Source of the DNA: Gammaproteobacteria bacterium | GTDB taxonomy: Bacteria > Pseudomonadota > Gammaproteobacteria > GCA-002705445 > GCA-002716945 | NCBI GenBank assembly: GCA_002716945.1 | Contig: PBCF01000002.1 | Coordinates: 286,481 to 350,480 of the forward strand | Reading direction: 5' to 3' | Length of the DNA stretch: 64,000 bases | Shown: positions 1-10,740 of the stretch, in pieces | How the letters are laid out: each line of letters begins with the position of its first letter | Numbering within the stretch: position 1 is the first letter of the stretch | Translations under genes and position numbers: made by a program | The notes under the pieces: model-generated | What the model saw: the letters and a program-made list of their open reading frames with translations, nothing else | Databases searched by the model: none | Told to the model about the DNA's origin: nothing

Positions 1-332
1 TAGAAGATGTGGCTGATAATTTATTTAATCCTGATCCATATTTACAGCAAGGAGGAGATATGGTCAGAACAAAAGGTCTTAAATATACTATTACACCTCA
101 AGCAAAAGTTAATCACCGTATATCAGATTTAGCATTATCGAATGGGAATAAAATTGAATCAAACAAAACATACAAAGTAAGTGGATGGGCAAGTGTAAAT
201 CAAGAAGAATCAGGTAAACCAATTTGGGATATAACTAGTAAATATATACAAAATATTAAAAATTATGATATTAATACAAGTTTTGAACCAAAAATAAAAT
301 TAGAAAATGATAATATTGGAATAGAAACATAG
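1..332 (+). CDS. soxB: Thiosulfohydrolase SoxB, C-terminal part (5'-truncated by window edge)
   Basis: Frame is open from the window start and reads EDVADNLFNPDPYLQQGGDMVR...YKVSGWASV, the characteristic SoxB C-terminal motifs. Confidence 0.88.
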   Translation, partial: EDVADNLFNPDPYLQQGGDMVRTKGLKYTITPQAKVNHRISDLALSNGNKIESNKTYKVSGWASVNQEESGKPIWDITSKYIQNIKNYDINTSFEPKIKLENDNIGIET

Positions 333-396
333 TTACAACAAAGACATTAAATGTTAATATTTCTATGTTTTAGTATTTTCTATTTTTGGAGTTGGT

Positions 397-1668
397 ATGT
401 TTAGTGTTGATATGAAAATTGCTGGATTTGACGATGAATTAAATGAAGCAATTAAAAACGAGATCAAAAGACAAGAAGAGCATATAGAGCTAATAGCTTC
501 TGAAAATTATGCTAGTCCAAGAGTGTTAGAAGCTCAAGGTTCCCTATTAACAAACAAATATGCGGAAGGATACCCAGCAAAAAGATATTATGGTGGATGT
601 GAGAATGTTGATATCGCTGAGCAGCTCGCTATTGATAGATTAAAAGAATTATATAATGCTGATTATGCAAACGTACAACCTCACTCAGGATCGCAAGCTA
701 ATGCTGCAGTTTATTTAGCTTTACTAAATCCAGGTGACACTATACTTGGGATGAGTTTAGATGCCGGTGGTCATTTAACTCATGGAGCTAAAGTAAACTT
801 TTCTGGAAAAATTTTTAATGCGGTTCAATATGGTATAGATGATAATGGATTATTGGATTATGATGAAATTGAAAAACTCGCAATTCAACATAAACCAAAA
901 TTATTAATAGGTGGGTTTTCAGCATACTCTCAAGTTATAGATTGGGAAAGAATGGGAGAGATAGCAAAGAAAGTTGATGCATACTATTTAGTTGATATGG
1001 CACATGTATCAGGTTTAGTGGCTGCTAAATTATATCCATCACCAGTTCCATATGCTGATGTCGTAACATCTACCACACATAAAACTTTACGAGGACCTCG
1101 TGGAGGAATAATAGTATGTAAATCTAATCCTGATTTAGAGAAAAAGTTTAATTCATTAGTATTTCCTGGAACGCAAGGTGGACCATTAATGCATGTTATA
1201 GCTGCTAAAGCAGTAGCTTTTAAAGAGGCGTTGAGTGCAGAATTTATTGATTACCAAAAACAAGTACTTAAAAACGCTGATATATTAGCAAAGACTCTAA
1301 TTGAGAGAGGTTATAATATTGTTTCTGGAGGAACAAAGAATCATTTGATGTTAGTGAACTTGGTTAATAAAGGAATGACCGGCAAAGCAGCAGATGCTGC
1401 ATTACATCGAGCCAATATAACTGTTAATAAAAACTCTGTTCCAAATGACCCACAATCACCATTTGTTACTAGTGGAATTAGAATTGGCACACCTGCAATT
1501 ACGACAAGAGGATTCAAAGAAGCAGAAACAACCACACTAGGAAATTTAATATGTGATGTTTTAGATAACATAGAAAGCGAATCTGAAATAAACAACGTCA
1601 AAGAAAAAGTTTTAAATATTTGCTCTCAATTTCCAGTGTATTCAGCTAATAAAAAAGCTGTAGCTTAG
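397..1668 (+). CDS. glyA: Serine hydroxymethyltransferase
   Basis: [33 protein letters not shown] (PLP lysine); GGAG RBS upstream. Confidence 0.98.
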   Translation: MFSVDMKIAGFDDELNEAIKNEIKRQEEHIELIASENYASPRVLEAQGSLLTNKYAEGYPAKRYYGGCENVDIAEQLAIDRLKELYNADYANVQPHSGSQANAAVYLALLNPGDTILGMSLDAGGHLTHGAKVNFSGKIFNAVQYGIDDNGLLDYDEIEKLAIQHKPKLLIGGFSAYSQVIDWERMGEIAKKVDAYYLVDMAHVSGLVAAKLYPSPVPYADVVTSTTHKTLRGPRGGIIVCKSNPDLEKKFNSLVFPGTQGGPLMHVIAAKAVAFKEALSAEFIDYQKQVLKNADILAKTLIERGYNIVSGGTKNHLMLVNLVNKGMTGKAADAALHRANITVNKNSVPNDPQSPFVTSGIRIGTPAITTRGFKEAETTTLGNLICDVLDNIESESEINNVKEKVLNICSQFPVYSANKKAVA

Positions 1669-1677
1669 GAGCATCAA

Positions 1678-2178
1678 ATGCGCTGTCCATTTTGCGGGGA
1701 GCCTGACACCAAAGTCATAGATTCTAGATTAAATAATGACAACTTCGCAATTAAAAGAAGACGTGAGTGCCTATCATGTAAGACTAGATTTAATACACAA
1801 GAATTAACAGAAATATCATTTCCCAGAGTAATAAAGTCAGATAAATCAACTGAAATATTTTCAGAAGACAAAATAAAAAAAGGAGTTAATTTGGCACTAG
1901 AAAAAAGAAAAGTATCTGCAGAAGATATTGATATTACTTTGCAAAAAATTTTTACAAGATGCTCTACACATCTAGATAAAGAAATAACATCTAAACAAAT
2001 TGGAGAAATTGTTATGCAAGAATTAATAAAACTTGATCATGTAGCCTATATAAGATTTGCTTCAGTATATCTTAGTTTTGATAATATTGAATCATTTAGA
2101 AAAGTAGTAGAGACGCTTGAAAAAAATATTTCACCTGAAATGAAAAAATTACAACAAACACTATTAGATGATGACTAA
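1678..2178 (+). CDS. nrdR: Transcriptional repressor NrdR
   Basis: MRCPFC..VIDSR..RRRECLSC zinc ribbon, ATP cone, VAYIRFASVY; usual glyA-nrdR-ribD order. Confidence 0.97.
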   Translation: MRCPFCGEPDTKVIDSRLNNDNFAIKRRRECLSCKTRFNTQELTEISFPRVIKSDKSTEIFSEDKIKKGVNLALEKRKVSAEDIDITLQKIFTRCSTHLDKEITSKQIGEIVMQELIKLDHVAYIRFASVYLSFDNIESFRKVVETLEKNISPEMKKLQQTLLDDD

Positions 2179-3277
2179 AGAAGAGTTAGATAATTATTTT
2201 ATTAAAGAAACATTTAAGTTAGCAAAAAAAGGTGAATATATTGCAGATCCAAATCCAATGGTTGGTGCTGTATTAGTTAAAAATAATAAGATTATAAGTT
2301 CAGGATATCACAAAGGCCCTGGTAATTTTCATGCTGAGTATATTGCCATAAAAAAAGCAGGTAAACATTCTATGGGATCCACGCTATATGTAAATTTAGA
2401 ACCTTGTTGTCATTTTGGCAGAACACCTCCATGTTCTGATTACATAATAAAAAATAAAATAAAAAGAGTTGTTATATCTACAATAGATCCAAATCCATTA
2501 ATATCAGGTAAGAGTATTAAACAACTCAAAAAAAATGGGATTGAAGTTACAGTAGGAATATTTGAAAATGAAGCAAAAAAGATTAATGCTGGCTTTTTTA
2601 CTAAATTTAATTTTAGAAGACCCTATATAGTTGCAAAATCCGCTATATCATTAGATGGAAAAATCTCTACGGTTGACTCAAAAAGCAGATGGATTACATC
2701 TAAAGAAAGCAGGCAGGATGTACATATTGAAAGAGCTAAGTGTTCTGCAATACTTACTACAAGTAGTACTGTGTTGGCAGATGATCCAAAACTTAATGTA
2801 AGAGGTAAAGAAATATGTAAAAAGATTAATAGCCAACCATATTTGGTCTTATTAGATACAAACTTAAGAATATCAAATAATCATCTAATATTTAAAAATA
2901 TGAAGAGAAATATTATTATATTTACGTGCAAAAACATTACATCTAGAATTATAAATAAGTATAAAAAAAACGTACAACTTTTCAAAGTAAAGAAAAGTCA
3001 GAATGGTGTAGACTTAACTAAAACATTTCAAATTCTTGCCGACTTAAATATACATAAATTATTAGTTGAATCTGGAAATATTTTAATTAGTTCGTTGTTG
3101 AATAAGTCTTATATTGATGAATTCATTTTATATGTTGCACCAAAGATATTTGGTAATAATGCAAAAACATTTTCAGGGATAAATAATATAAATAAACTTT
3201 CAGATAAGATAGAATTTGATATAGATGATATACAACATATTAAATCAGATATAAAATTAAAATTAAAAAGAAAATAA
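2168..3277 (+). CDS. ribD: Riboflavin biosynthesis deaminase/reductase RibD
   Basis: PNPMVG, HAE, LEPCCHFGRTPPC, SLDGK, WITS, DDPKL motifs. Confidence 0.96.
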   Translation: MMTKEELDNYFIKETFKLAKKGEYIADPNPMVGAVLVKNNKIISSGYHKGPGNFHAEYIAIKKAGKHSMGSTLYVNLEPCCHFGRTPPCSDYIIKNKIKRVVISTIDPNPLISGKSIKQLKKNGIEVTVGIFENEAKKINAGFFTKFNFRRPYIVAKSAISLDGKISTVDSKSRWITSKESRQDVHIERAKCSAILTTSSTVLADDPKLNVRGKEICKKINSQPYLVLLDTNLRISNNHLIFKNMKRNIIIFTCKNITSRIINKYKKNVQLFKVKKSQNGVDLTKTFQILADLNIHKLLVESGNILISSLLNKSYIDEFILYVAPKIFGNNAKTFSGINNINKLSDKIEFDIDDIQHIKSDIKLKLKRK

Positions 3278-3864
3278 TGTTTACTGGAATAGTTGAAGAA
3301 GTTTGTAAAATTACCGATATAGATAATACTAATCGTGGTTATAAACTACATATAGAATTTCCACAATTTTTAAATAATCTCAAAATTGGAGATAGTATAT
3401 CTATTAATGGAACATGCTTAACAATTGAGAATATTATAGATTCTGTCTATACTTTTTCTTTATCTCCTGAAACATTAAAAATTACAACACTTAAAAATTA
3501 TAAAAATAATGACTTTGTGAATATAGAAACACCCTTAACAATAAATAAATTTGTAAGCGGACATATAGTTAATGGACATATTGATTGTAAAGCAAAATTA
3601 ATTAATATAGAAAAAGACATCAATTCATGGAAGATTGAACTAAAAATTGATCAAAATTTTACTAAATATATAATTCCAAAAGGATGTATATGTATTGATG
3701 GAGTTAGTTTAACTGTGAATTCAATTAATAATAATATATTTGATGTAATGATAATACCACATACATTTTCTAACACTATCATACAATATTATAAAAATGA
3801 TATTGAAGTTAACATAGAAGTTGATATGCTTCTCAAACATCTAGAAAAAATGAAAAATGATTAA
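3277..3864 (+). CDS. ribC: Riboflavin synthase (alpha chain)
   Basis: N-terminal MFTGIV, GDSISINGTCLT, GHIVNGHID, DGVSLTV. Confidence 0.96.
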   Translation: MFTGIVEEVCKITDIDNTNRGYKLHIEFPQFLNNLKIGDSISINGTCLTIENIIDSVYTFSLSPETLKITTLKNYKNNDFVNIETPLTINKFVSGHIVNGHIDCKAKLINIEKDINSWKIELKIDQNFTKYIIPKGCICIDGVSLTVNSINNNIFDVMIIPHTFSNTIIQYYKNDIEVNIEVDMLLKHLEKMKND

Positions 3865-4954
3865 TACTACAGAAGAAATTATAAATGCAATAAAAAAAGG
3901 CAAAATGGTTGTCATTATGGATGATGAGAATCGTGAAAACGAAGGTGATCTTGTAATCGCTTCACAATATATTAAACCTAAAGATATTAATTTTATGGCT
4001 TCTAAAGGTAGAGGGTTGATTTGTTTAACACTCACAAACAAAAAATGTAAAAAATTAGGACTAAGCTTATTAAAAAAAACAGGTAAATCAAATAAAGAAA
4101 CAAATTTTACTATATCAATCGAAGCTGCTCACGGTGTAACGACAGGTATATCTGCAGCTGATAGAGCTAAAACAATACAAGCCGCTGTTAACAAAAACGC
4201 CAAACCAAATGATTTAATACAACCCGGACATATTTTTCCACTAATGGCTAGTGAAGGAGGAGTTCTAGTAAGAGCTGGTCATACTGAAGCTGGTTGTGAT
4301 TTAGCAAGATTAGCTGGCCTAGAACCAAGCTCTGTTATTGTGGAAATATTAAAAGAAGATGGAAGCATGGCTAGAAAAAAAGATTTAATTGCATTCGCAA
4401 AACTTTATAAACTAAAAATTGGAACCATTGAAGATCTTATAAAGTATAGGATAAATAACGAAAAGACTATAAAGAGAATTGATGAATTCATTATTGATAC
4501 CGCATATGGAAAATTTACTTCAATATATTATGAAGATATTATAACTTCTCAAACACATTTTGTACTAATTAAAAATAAAATAATTAAAGATCAACCAACA
4601 TTAGTTAGAGTTCATGTTCAAAATGTGTTATCAGATACAATCAAATCTCTTAACACTACAAGCTGGCCTTTAGATAATGCTTTAAAGAAAATTGCTAAAT
4701 CTAAACAAGGTGCTATGGTATTTATTACCAACAATCTAACTTTATCTAATATTTCAAACACAAAAAATTTAAAAATGATAGCTAAAATAAATAAAAACAA
4801 AAAAAATAAACCAGATGACTATAGAACCATAGGATTAGGAGCACAGATACTGCGCGATATAGGTGTAAAAAAAATGATACTCATGAGTGCCCCAAAAATT
4901 TATCATGGATTGAACGCATTTGAATTAGATGTAATAAAATATGTGACAAAATAA
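3857..4954 (+). CDS. ribB: 3,4-dihydroxy-2-butanone-4-phosphate synthase fused to a degenerate GTP cyclohydrolase II-like domain (RibBX type)
   Basis: DDENRENEGD, TTGISAADR, RAGHTEA in the N domain. The C domain has VRVH and DYRTIGLGAQIL but no Zn-binding cysteines. Confidence 0.92.
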   Translation: MINTTEEIINAIKKGKMVVIMDDENRENEGDLVIASQYIKPKDINFMASKGRGLICLTLTNKKCKKLGLSLLKKTGKSNKETNFTISIEAAHGVTTGISAADRAKTIQAAVNKNAKPNDLIQPGHIFPLMASEGGVLVRAGHTEAGCDLARLAGLEPSSVIVEILKEDGSMARKKDLIAFAKLYKLKIGTIEDLIKYRINNEKTIKRIDEFIIDTAYGKFTSIYYEDIITSQTHFVLIKNKIIKDQPTLVRVHVQNVLSDTIKSLNTTSWPLDNALKKIAKSKQGAMVFITNNLTLSNISNTKNLKMIAKINKNKKNKPDDYRTIGLGAQILRDIGVKKMILMSAPKIYHGLNAFELDVIKYVTK

Positions 4955-5469
4955 TGAAATTAGATAATTTTGATACATCATCGCTGATAAATGAAAATGG
5001 TCTGGATTTTGAAGATCAACATGGAACGAGCATATATATTATTAAAAGCCAATATAATCAAAAGCTTGTTAATAGTATATCTTGTAGCGTAAGAAGAACA
5101 TTAGCAGAGCTAGGAATTACATCTGATGAAATTGGTATACAAACTATACCTGGAGGTGTATTTGAATTGATTCTTGCCATTAAAAGAATTATCAATCTTA
5201 GAGTGACCAAACCTGATATTGTAATAGCAATTGGATGTATAATAAAAGGAGATACTCAGCATTATGAGTTTTTATCATCAACTGTAATTAATGCAATCCG
5301 TAATATTAGCCTTGAAACTGACACACCCATAATAAATGGTATTATAACAACAGAAACCCTACAACAAGCAATTGACAGGGTTGGAACTAAAATGAATAAA
5401 GGAAAAGATCTAGCTGAAACTGCAATCAATATAAAAGATTATTATCGAAAATTGAAAGATAATGAATAA
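4954..5469 (+). CDS. ribH: 6,7-dimethyl-8-ribityllumazine synthase (divergent)
   Basis: PGGVFEL, AIGCIIKGDTQHYE, PIINGIIT, QAIDR, NKG; lies between ribB and nusB. Confidence 0.9.
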   Translation: MKLDNFDTSSLINENGLDFEDQHGTSIYIIKSQYNQKLVNSISCSVRRTLAELGITSDEIGIQTIPGGVFELILAIKRIINLRVTKPDIVIAIGCIIKGDTQHYEFLSSTVINAIRNISLETDTPIINGIITTETLQQAIDRVGTKMNKGKDLAETAINIKDYYRKLKDNE

Positions 5470-5860
5470 TAAACAAAGATCTTTGGCTAGAGAAAATATT
5501 GTAAAAATATTATATCAACAAGATATATCTGGAGATACATTCGTTTATATCTTGAAGTACTTTATTGAAAAAAGGAAGTATGATGAGATTTATTTTCTAG
5601 AAATGATAGATGCTTTAGATAATAACTTATTAAAAATTGATAAATTTATAGAATCAAAAAGCGATATAAAATTAAAATACACTGCCTCAATTGACAAAGC
5701 AATTTTGAGACTATCAATCTGCGAGCATTTATATAAATCTGATATACCAAGGAAAGTTATTATTGATGAAGGAATAAATATTGCTAAAAAATTTTCATCT
5801 GAAAAATCCTTCAAATTTATCAATAAAATGTTAGACAACCTTATTGAGTGCAAATCATGA
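5462..5860 (+). CDS. nusB: Transcription antitermination factor NusB
   Basis: RSLARE..LYQ, IDKAILRL, VIIDEGINIAKKF, FINKMLD; ribH-nusB-thiL synteny. Confidence 0.92.
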   Translation: MNNKQRSLARENIVKILYQQDISGDTFVYILKYFIEKRKYDEIYFLEMIDALDNNLLKIDKFIESKSDIKLKYTASIDKAILRLSICEHLYKSDIPRKVIIDEGINIAKKFSSEKSFKFINKMLDNLIECKS

Positions 5861-6807
5861 TTAAGAATGAAGAAGATCTAGTAAAATATATTTTATCAAA
5901 TATTAATACAAGTTCTTCCGAAATTATCCAAAGCATTGGAGATGATTGTTCTGTTTTAAAAATTAACCAAAAGAAATCATATATCATAACTACTGATACA
6001 TCACTTTTAGGGCCGCATTTTACAAAAGATTATAAACCTGATGAAATAGGGTATAAATCATTATCTACCAATTTAAGTGATATTGCAGCTATGGGATGTA
6101 TTCCAAAATTTTTTTTAATGTCAATAACTTTACCAAAGTTAGATGATAAATGGATTAAATCATTTTACAAAGGTGTAAATAAATTGGTCAGGCAATTTAA
6201 ACTAACATTAATTGGTGGTGATGTTAATAAGGGCCCATTAAGTATTACAATACAAGTTATAGGAGTTAATAAAAATAAAATACTTTACAGGTCAATGGCA
6301 AAAATTAACGATGATATTTATGTGACAGGTAAATTAGGAGGAGCAAGAGCAGCGCTTATATTTAAGAATAATAAAGATAATAAAAATTATAAAAGATTTG
6401 AAAGATATTTGAAACAACCATTACCGAGAATTGAAATAGGCAAGGAAATTAGTAAGATTGCCAATTCATGCATTGATGTATCTGATGGATTACTAAAAGA
6501 TCTTAATAATATAATATCAATGAGTAAAGTAGGTGCGGTTATTAATTTAGAAAAAATACCTACACACAGTAATTTAAAAAAAATTTTAAAGGATAATTTA
6601 TATTATCAAAGTATTATTGGTGGAGGGGAAGACTATGAACTATGTTTTACTGCTCATACTAAGATGAGAAATAAAATTAGAGATGTCGCAAGAAAAACTA
6701 ATACTAAAATAACCCCTATTGGTAAAATTACAAAAAAGAATCTTCTATTTATGCTTAATGGGTTAGAAAAGAAATTTAATTTTGGAGGATTTGATCATTT
6801 TGAATAA
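5857..6807 (+). CDS. thiL: Thiamine-monophosphate kinase
   Basis: IGDDCS, NLSDIAAMG, LIGGD, IDVSDGL, GGEDYEL. Start set at the ATG overlapping the nusB stop (ATGA). Confidence 0.95.
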   Translation: MIKNEEDLVKYILSNINTSSSEIIQSIGDDCSVLKINQKKSYIITTDTSLLGPHFTKDYKPDEIGYKSLSTNLSDIAAMGCIPKFFLMSITLPKLDDKWIKSFYKGVNKLVRQFKLTLIGGDVNKGPLSITIQVIGVNKNKILYRSMAKINDDIYVTGKLGGARAALIFKNNKDNKNYKRFERYLKQPLPRIEIGKEISKIANSCIDVSDGLLKDLNNIISMSKVGAVINLEKIPTHSNLKKILKDNLYYQSIIGGGEDYELCFTAHTKMRNKIRDVARKTNTKITPIGKITKKNLLFMLNGLEKKFNFGGFDHFE

Positions 6808-7273
6808 TTATTTCACACGGCTATGCATCTTCCTGAGCAGTGGTTTTGGTATAGGTTATATAAAATATGCACCGGGAACGGCCGGTACATTTTTAGGAAT
6901 CTTAATATTTTTTCTGCTTACATCTTTAAATATTTATTTTAATATATTGAGTTTAGTAATATTTGTTTTGGTTAGTATAATAATTTGTAACATAGCAAAT
7001 AATTATTATTCTGAAGATGATTCAAAGAAAATTGTATTAGACGAAATAGCAGGAGTATTTGTTGCAACTTATAATATAGATCCAACTGCGTTTAATATAA
7101 TTGCTATATTTATTTTATTTAGGTTATTCGATATATTCAAACCTTTTCCTATCTCATACATAGATGAAAAACTTAAAAATGGTATAGGGATTGTTGTTGA
7201 TGATGTTGTTGCTGGAATATATGCCAATATTACTTTTTTACTTGCATCGTTTTATTTTGTTAAGATATTATAA
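6800..7273 (+). CDS. pgpA: Phosphatidylglycerophosphatase A
   Basis: APGTAGT, IVLDEIAG, FRLFDIFKPFPI, GIVVDDVVAG. Start chosen at TTG 6800 downstream of GGAGG (track gives 6782). Confidence 0.94.
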   Translation: MNNYFTRLCIFLSSGFGIGYIKYAPGTAGTFLGILIFFLLTSLNIYFNILSLVIFVLVSIIICNIANNYYSEDDSKKIVLDEIAGVFVATYNIDPTAFNIIAIFILFRLFDIFKPFPISYIDEKLKNGIGIVVDDVVAGIYANITFLLASFYFVKIL

Positions 7274-7839
7274 TTAAATCTTTTCAAAAATTCTATTAAT
7301 TTTAAAACTGGTAAACCTACAATTGATGATGGATCTATGCCATGCATTTTTTTTACAAAAGCTATCGCCAGACCTTCTATTCTTATACTTCCTGCACAAT
7401 TCAACATATCTTCCTTGTTAATATAATTAATTATTTCTTTTTCAGTTATTTTTCTCATATAAATTTTAAAATTAGCAACCGATGTATATTTTTTCATTGA
7501 ATCAGAATCCATTACACATAAACCTGTTTTAAATGTTACAATCTTATTTGATAGATATTTTAGCTGTTTAATAGCATTTTTTTTTGTTAATGGTTTACCT
7601 AAAACTTTTTTATTCACAACTGCAACTTCATCAGATCCAATAACAAGTGCTTTCTTATATTTTTTAGCAACAGACTGTGCTTTTTCAAACGACAATCTTC
7701 TCACATATGAATTTATATTTTCATTATTATGTCTTGTTTCATTAATATTTGGACGTACAATCTCAAATTGTATTTTTAATTGATTCAGTAACTTTTTTCT
7801 ATGTATTGAGCTTGATGCCAATATAATTTGTTTTCTCAT
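7252..7839 (-). CDS. maf: Maf-family nucleotide pyrophosphatase (YceF-like)
   Basis: ILASSS..RKKLL, IGSDEV, LGKP, CAGSIRIEG, IVGLP; divergent from rpmF as yceF usually is. Confidence 0.92.
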   Translation of the reverse strand: MRKQIILASSSIHRKKLLNQLKIQFEIVRPNINETRHNNENINSYVRRLSFEKAQSVAKKYKKALVIGSDEVAVVNKKVLGKPLTKKNAIKQLKYLSNKIVTFKTGLCVMDSDSMKKYTSVANFKIYMRKITEKEIINYINKEDMLNCAGSIRIEGLAIAFVKKMHGIDPSSIVGLPVLKLIEFLKRFNYNILTK

Positions 7840-7892
7840 TTTCAGTATATTAGTATTTTAATGAAAATTATGCAAAAAAGAAGTTATATAAA

Positions 7893-7920
7893 TTGCTAGT
7901 ATTCTATTTTTTGTTACAAT
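7893..7920 (+). promoter_or_regulatory. Putative sigma70 promoter of rpmF-plsX-fabH
   Basis: TTGCTA-N16-TACAAT with extended -10 TG, 26 bp before the rpmF ATG. Confidence 0.5.
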
Positions 7921-7946
7921 AACGTTATTATTTGTGGATCATTATT

Positions 7947-8156
7947 ATGGCTGTACAAAAGAGTAGAAAATCAAAATCAAAAAAGAATATGCGGAGATCT
8001 CATGATTCCTTGCAATCACCGACTTATTCTGTAGATAAAACCACAGGAACCAAACATCTTAGACATAATATCGCTAAAGATGGTTTCTACAGGGGTAAAG
8101 AAATATTTACGCCCAAAGTTAAAAAACCTAAAGCAGTAGAAAACAAAGAAAGTTAA
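7947..8156 (+). CDS. rpmF: 50S ribosomal protein L32 (cysteine-free form)
   Basis: [31 protein letters not shown]; start at ATG 7947. Confidence 0.96.
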   Translation: MAVQKSRKSKSKKNMRRSHDSLQSPTYSVDKTTGTKHLRHNIAKDGFYRGKEIFTPKVKKPKAVENKES

Positions 8157-8179
8157 AACATACATACGTTGTTCCTATA

Positions 8180-9193
8180 ATGCAAAATAAAGTTACTATA
8201 GCATTAGACATGATGAGTGGAGACTCAGGGTTAGACATATCTGTTCCTGGTGCGCTAAAATGCATGCAAGAAATGAATGATATTTTTTTAATCTTGATTG
8301 GAGATCAAGAAAAAATTAAAAACAAATTAGGTAAAAGATTTCATGAGTATCAAGATAAGAAATTTTCAGTAATACATACAGATGAATATGTTGATATGAA
8401 TGATGACATATTAGTTGCATTAAGGTCAAAGAAAAATTCATCAATGAGATTATCTATAAACTCTGTTAAAGATAAAAATGCAGATGCTGCAGTTAGTGCA
8501 GGTAATACTGGAGCATTAATGGCATTATCAAAAGTAATATTAAATACTATCCCAGGAATTGATAGGCCAGCAATTTGTACTGCTTTACCAACAAAAACTG
8601 GACTAATGCATATGCTTGATTTGGGAGCGAATGTCGAATGTGACGCGACAAATCTTTTCCAATTTTCTGTTATGGGATCAGCATTAGTTCAATCATTAGA
8701 AATTTCATCAAATCCTTTAGTGGGTTTACTTAATATAGGATCAGAAGATATTAAAGGGAATGATACAATTAAACAAGCTGCCGCTTTATTACAATCATCC
8801 AAACTCAATTACTCAGGTTTTGTTGAAGGTGACGATATTTTTAGTGGCAGATTTGATGTTATTGTTGCTGATGGTTATGCTGGAAATATAGCATTAAAAA
8901 GTATAGAAGGAGTTGCTAATTTTATAAGTCATGTAATGAAGAATGAATTCAACAGAAACGCTTATAATAGACTTTCATCTTTAATTAGTTACCCTGTACT
9001 TAAAGGAGTAAAGAAAAAAGTAGACCCTAGACGATACAATGGGGCAAGTCTACTTGGATTACAAGGTGTTGTGGTAAAAAGCCATGGTAGTGCAGATGCT
9101 TATGCTTTTAGCCGTGCAATTAAAACAGCATATTATGAGGTAAAAAATCAAATTCTTGATAAAATAGAATCTTTAATTCAAACGAAATTATAA
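8180..9193 (+). CDS. plsX: Phosphate acyltransferase PlsX
   Basis: IALDMMSGD, SAGNTGALM, IDRPA, LDLGAN, GFVEG, KSHGS. Confidence 0.97.
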   Translation: MQNKVTIALDMMSGDSGLDISVPGALKCMQEMNDIFLILIGDQEKIKNKLGKRFHEYQDKKFSVIHTDEYVDMNDDILVALRSKKNSSMRLSINSVKDKNADAAVSAGNTGALMALSKVILNTIPGIDRPAICTALPTKTGLMHMLDLGANVECDATNLFQFSVMGSALVQSLEISSNPLVGLLNIGSEDIKGNDTIKQAAALLQSSKLNYSGFVEGDDIFSGRFDVIVADGYAGNIALKSIEGVANFISHVMKNEFNRNAYNRLSSLISYPVLKGVKKKVDPRRYNGASLLGLQGVVVKSHGSADAYAFSRAIKTAYYEVKNQILDKIESLIQTKL

Positions 9194-9197
9194 TAAA

Positions 9198-10142
9198 ATG
9201 GCTACAATATTTTCAAAACTTATTTCTAGTGGAAGTTACTTACCATCTAAAATTTTAACAAATAATGATATTGAGAAAATGGTAGATACAACTGATGAGT
9301 GGATTATGGAGAGGACTGGTATACAGCAAAGACACATTGCTTCAACGGAAGAATCTTCTGTTGATATGGCCTATCAAGCCTCAATGAAAGCTATTGATTT
9401 AGCTTCAATAAATAAACAGAAAATTGACATGATAATAGTTGCCACAACTACTCCTGAAAGAAAATTTCCTAGTAGTGCTGTGTTATTACAAAATAAGTTG
9501 GATATTAAAAACGCTTTTGCATTTGATGTCAATGCAGCTTGTACTGGTTTTATATTTGCTATTGATATTGCGGATAAATATATAAAAAATGGTAGCGTAA
9601 AAAACGTTCTCGTTGTTGGTACTGAAAAAATTACTTCCTTGTTAGATTGGACAGATCGTAACACTTGTGTTCTGTTTGGTGACGGGGCTGGATCTATAAT
9701 ACTTTCTGCTTCTGATAAACCTGGAATCTTATCAAGTTTTATTGAGTCTGATGGTTCGTATAAAGACCTATTAACCGTTAATACTGATGAAGAATTTATA
9801 GAAATGAAAGGTAATGATGTATTTAAAATTGCTGTAAATACACTTAGCCAAGTAGCACTTCATACTCTAAAGCAGAATAACATTAATTCAAATGAATTAG
9901 ATTGGTTTATTCCACATCAAGCTAATAGCAGAATTATTACATCAATAGCAAAGAAAATAAACCTACCTAAAGAAAAGATTATAATAACTGTAAACAAACA
10001 TGGTAATACTTCTGCAGCTTCTATTCCTTTAGCCTTAGATGATGCGTTTCTTGCTGGAAAAATTAAACAAAATGATTTGTTAATGTTAGAAGCTTTTGGA
10101 GCTGGTTTTACTTGGGGTTCAACTTTATTACGTTTTAATTAA
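9198..10142 (+). CDS. fabH: 3-oxoacyl-ACP synthase III
   Basis: AACTGF (Cys), PHQAN (His), HGNTSAAS (Asn), FGAGFTWG. Confidence 0.97.
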   Translation: MATIFSKLISSGSYLPSKILTNNDIEKMVDTTDEWIMERTGIQQRHIASTEESSVDMAYQASMKAIDLASINKQKIDMIIVATTTPERKFPSSAVLLQNKLDIKNAFAFDVNAACTGFIFAIDIADKYIKNGSVKNVLVVGTEKITSLLDWTDRNTCVLFGDGAGSIILSASDKPGILSSFIESDGSYKDLLTVNTDEEFIEMKGNDVFKIAVNTLSQVALHTLKQNNINSNELDWFIPHQANSRIITSIAKKINLPKEKIIITVNKHGNTSAASIPLALDDAFLAGKIKQNDLLMLEAFGAGFTWGSTLLRFN

Positions 10143-10148
10143 ACACTG

Positions 10149-10736
10149 ATGGATATAACTAGGTGTTCCAAATGCAGAAGACTTAATCAAAATTTTTTGA
10201 AGTTAAAGAAAATTTATCCATATTATTATAACTCTCCTATAAAGCCTTTTGGCAGTAATAAATCAAAAATATGTATAGTTGGACTAGCACCAGGTTTGCA
10301 TGGTGCTAATCGTACTGGTATTCCATTTGATGGTGACTTTGCAGGATTGTTTTTAAAAAATACACTCAAAAATTCAAAATATAACAACCATAATATATAC
10401 ATAACAAACGCATTAAAATGTTATCCTCCCAATAATCAACCATTGAATATTGAATTGAAAAATTGTCAGAATTATTTAAAAGACGAGCTATATAACCTTA
10501 AAAATTTAAGAGTAATATTATCTTTAGGGTTGATTGCCCATAACTCTATTTTAGATACTTTAGATCTACCAAGAAACAGTTATAAATTTAAACATGGTTA
10601 TTTGCATGAAATAAGTAATAATCTCTACCTGATAAATTCATATCATTGTAGTAAAATTAATATAAACACTGGAAGATTAACTAAAAAAATGTTTTCTCAC
10701 GTTGTTAAAAAATCTTTAAAAATTGCTTGTTCGTAA
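10149..10736 (+). CDS. Uracil-DNA glycosylase, family 5 (Fe-S, UdgB-like)
   Basis: CSKC, GLAPGLHGANRTGIPF, KCYPPNNQP..C, YHCS..NTGRL. Confidence 0.88.
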   Translation: MDITRCSKCRRLNQNFLKLKKIYPYYYNSPIKPFGSNKSKICIVGLAPGLHGANRTGIPFDGDFAGLFLKNTLKNSKYNNHNIYITNALKCYPPNNQPLNIELKNCQNYLKDELYNLKNLRVILSLGLIAHNSILDTLDLPRNSYKFKHGYLHEISNNLYLINSYHCSKININTGRLTKKMFSHVVKKSLKIACS

Positions 10737-10740
10737 ACAT

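Noticed and set aside
1669-2168. FMN riboswitch or other leader for the rib genes
   Set aside because: ribD overlaps nrdR and nrdR is 9 bp from glyA, leaving no space or matching sequence
4954-5469. ribH as a pseudogene because of its divergent N-terminus
   Set aside because: The ORF is intact and keeps the aromatic, His and Arg active-site positions (SQYN, TQHY, IDR)
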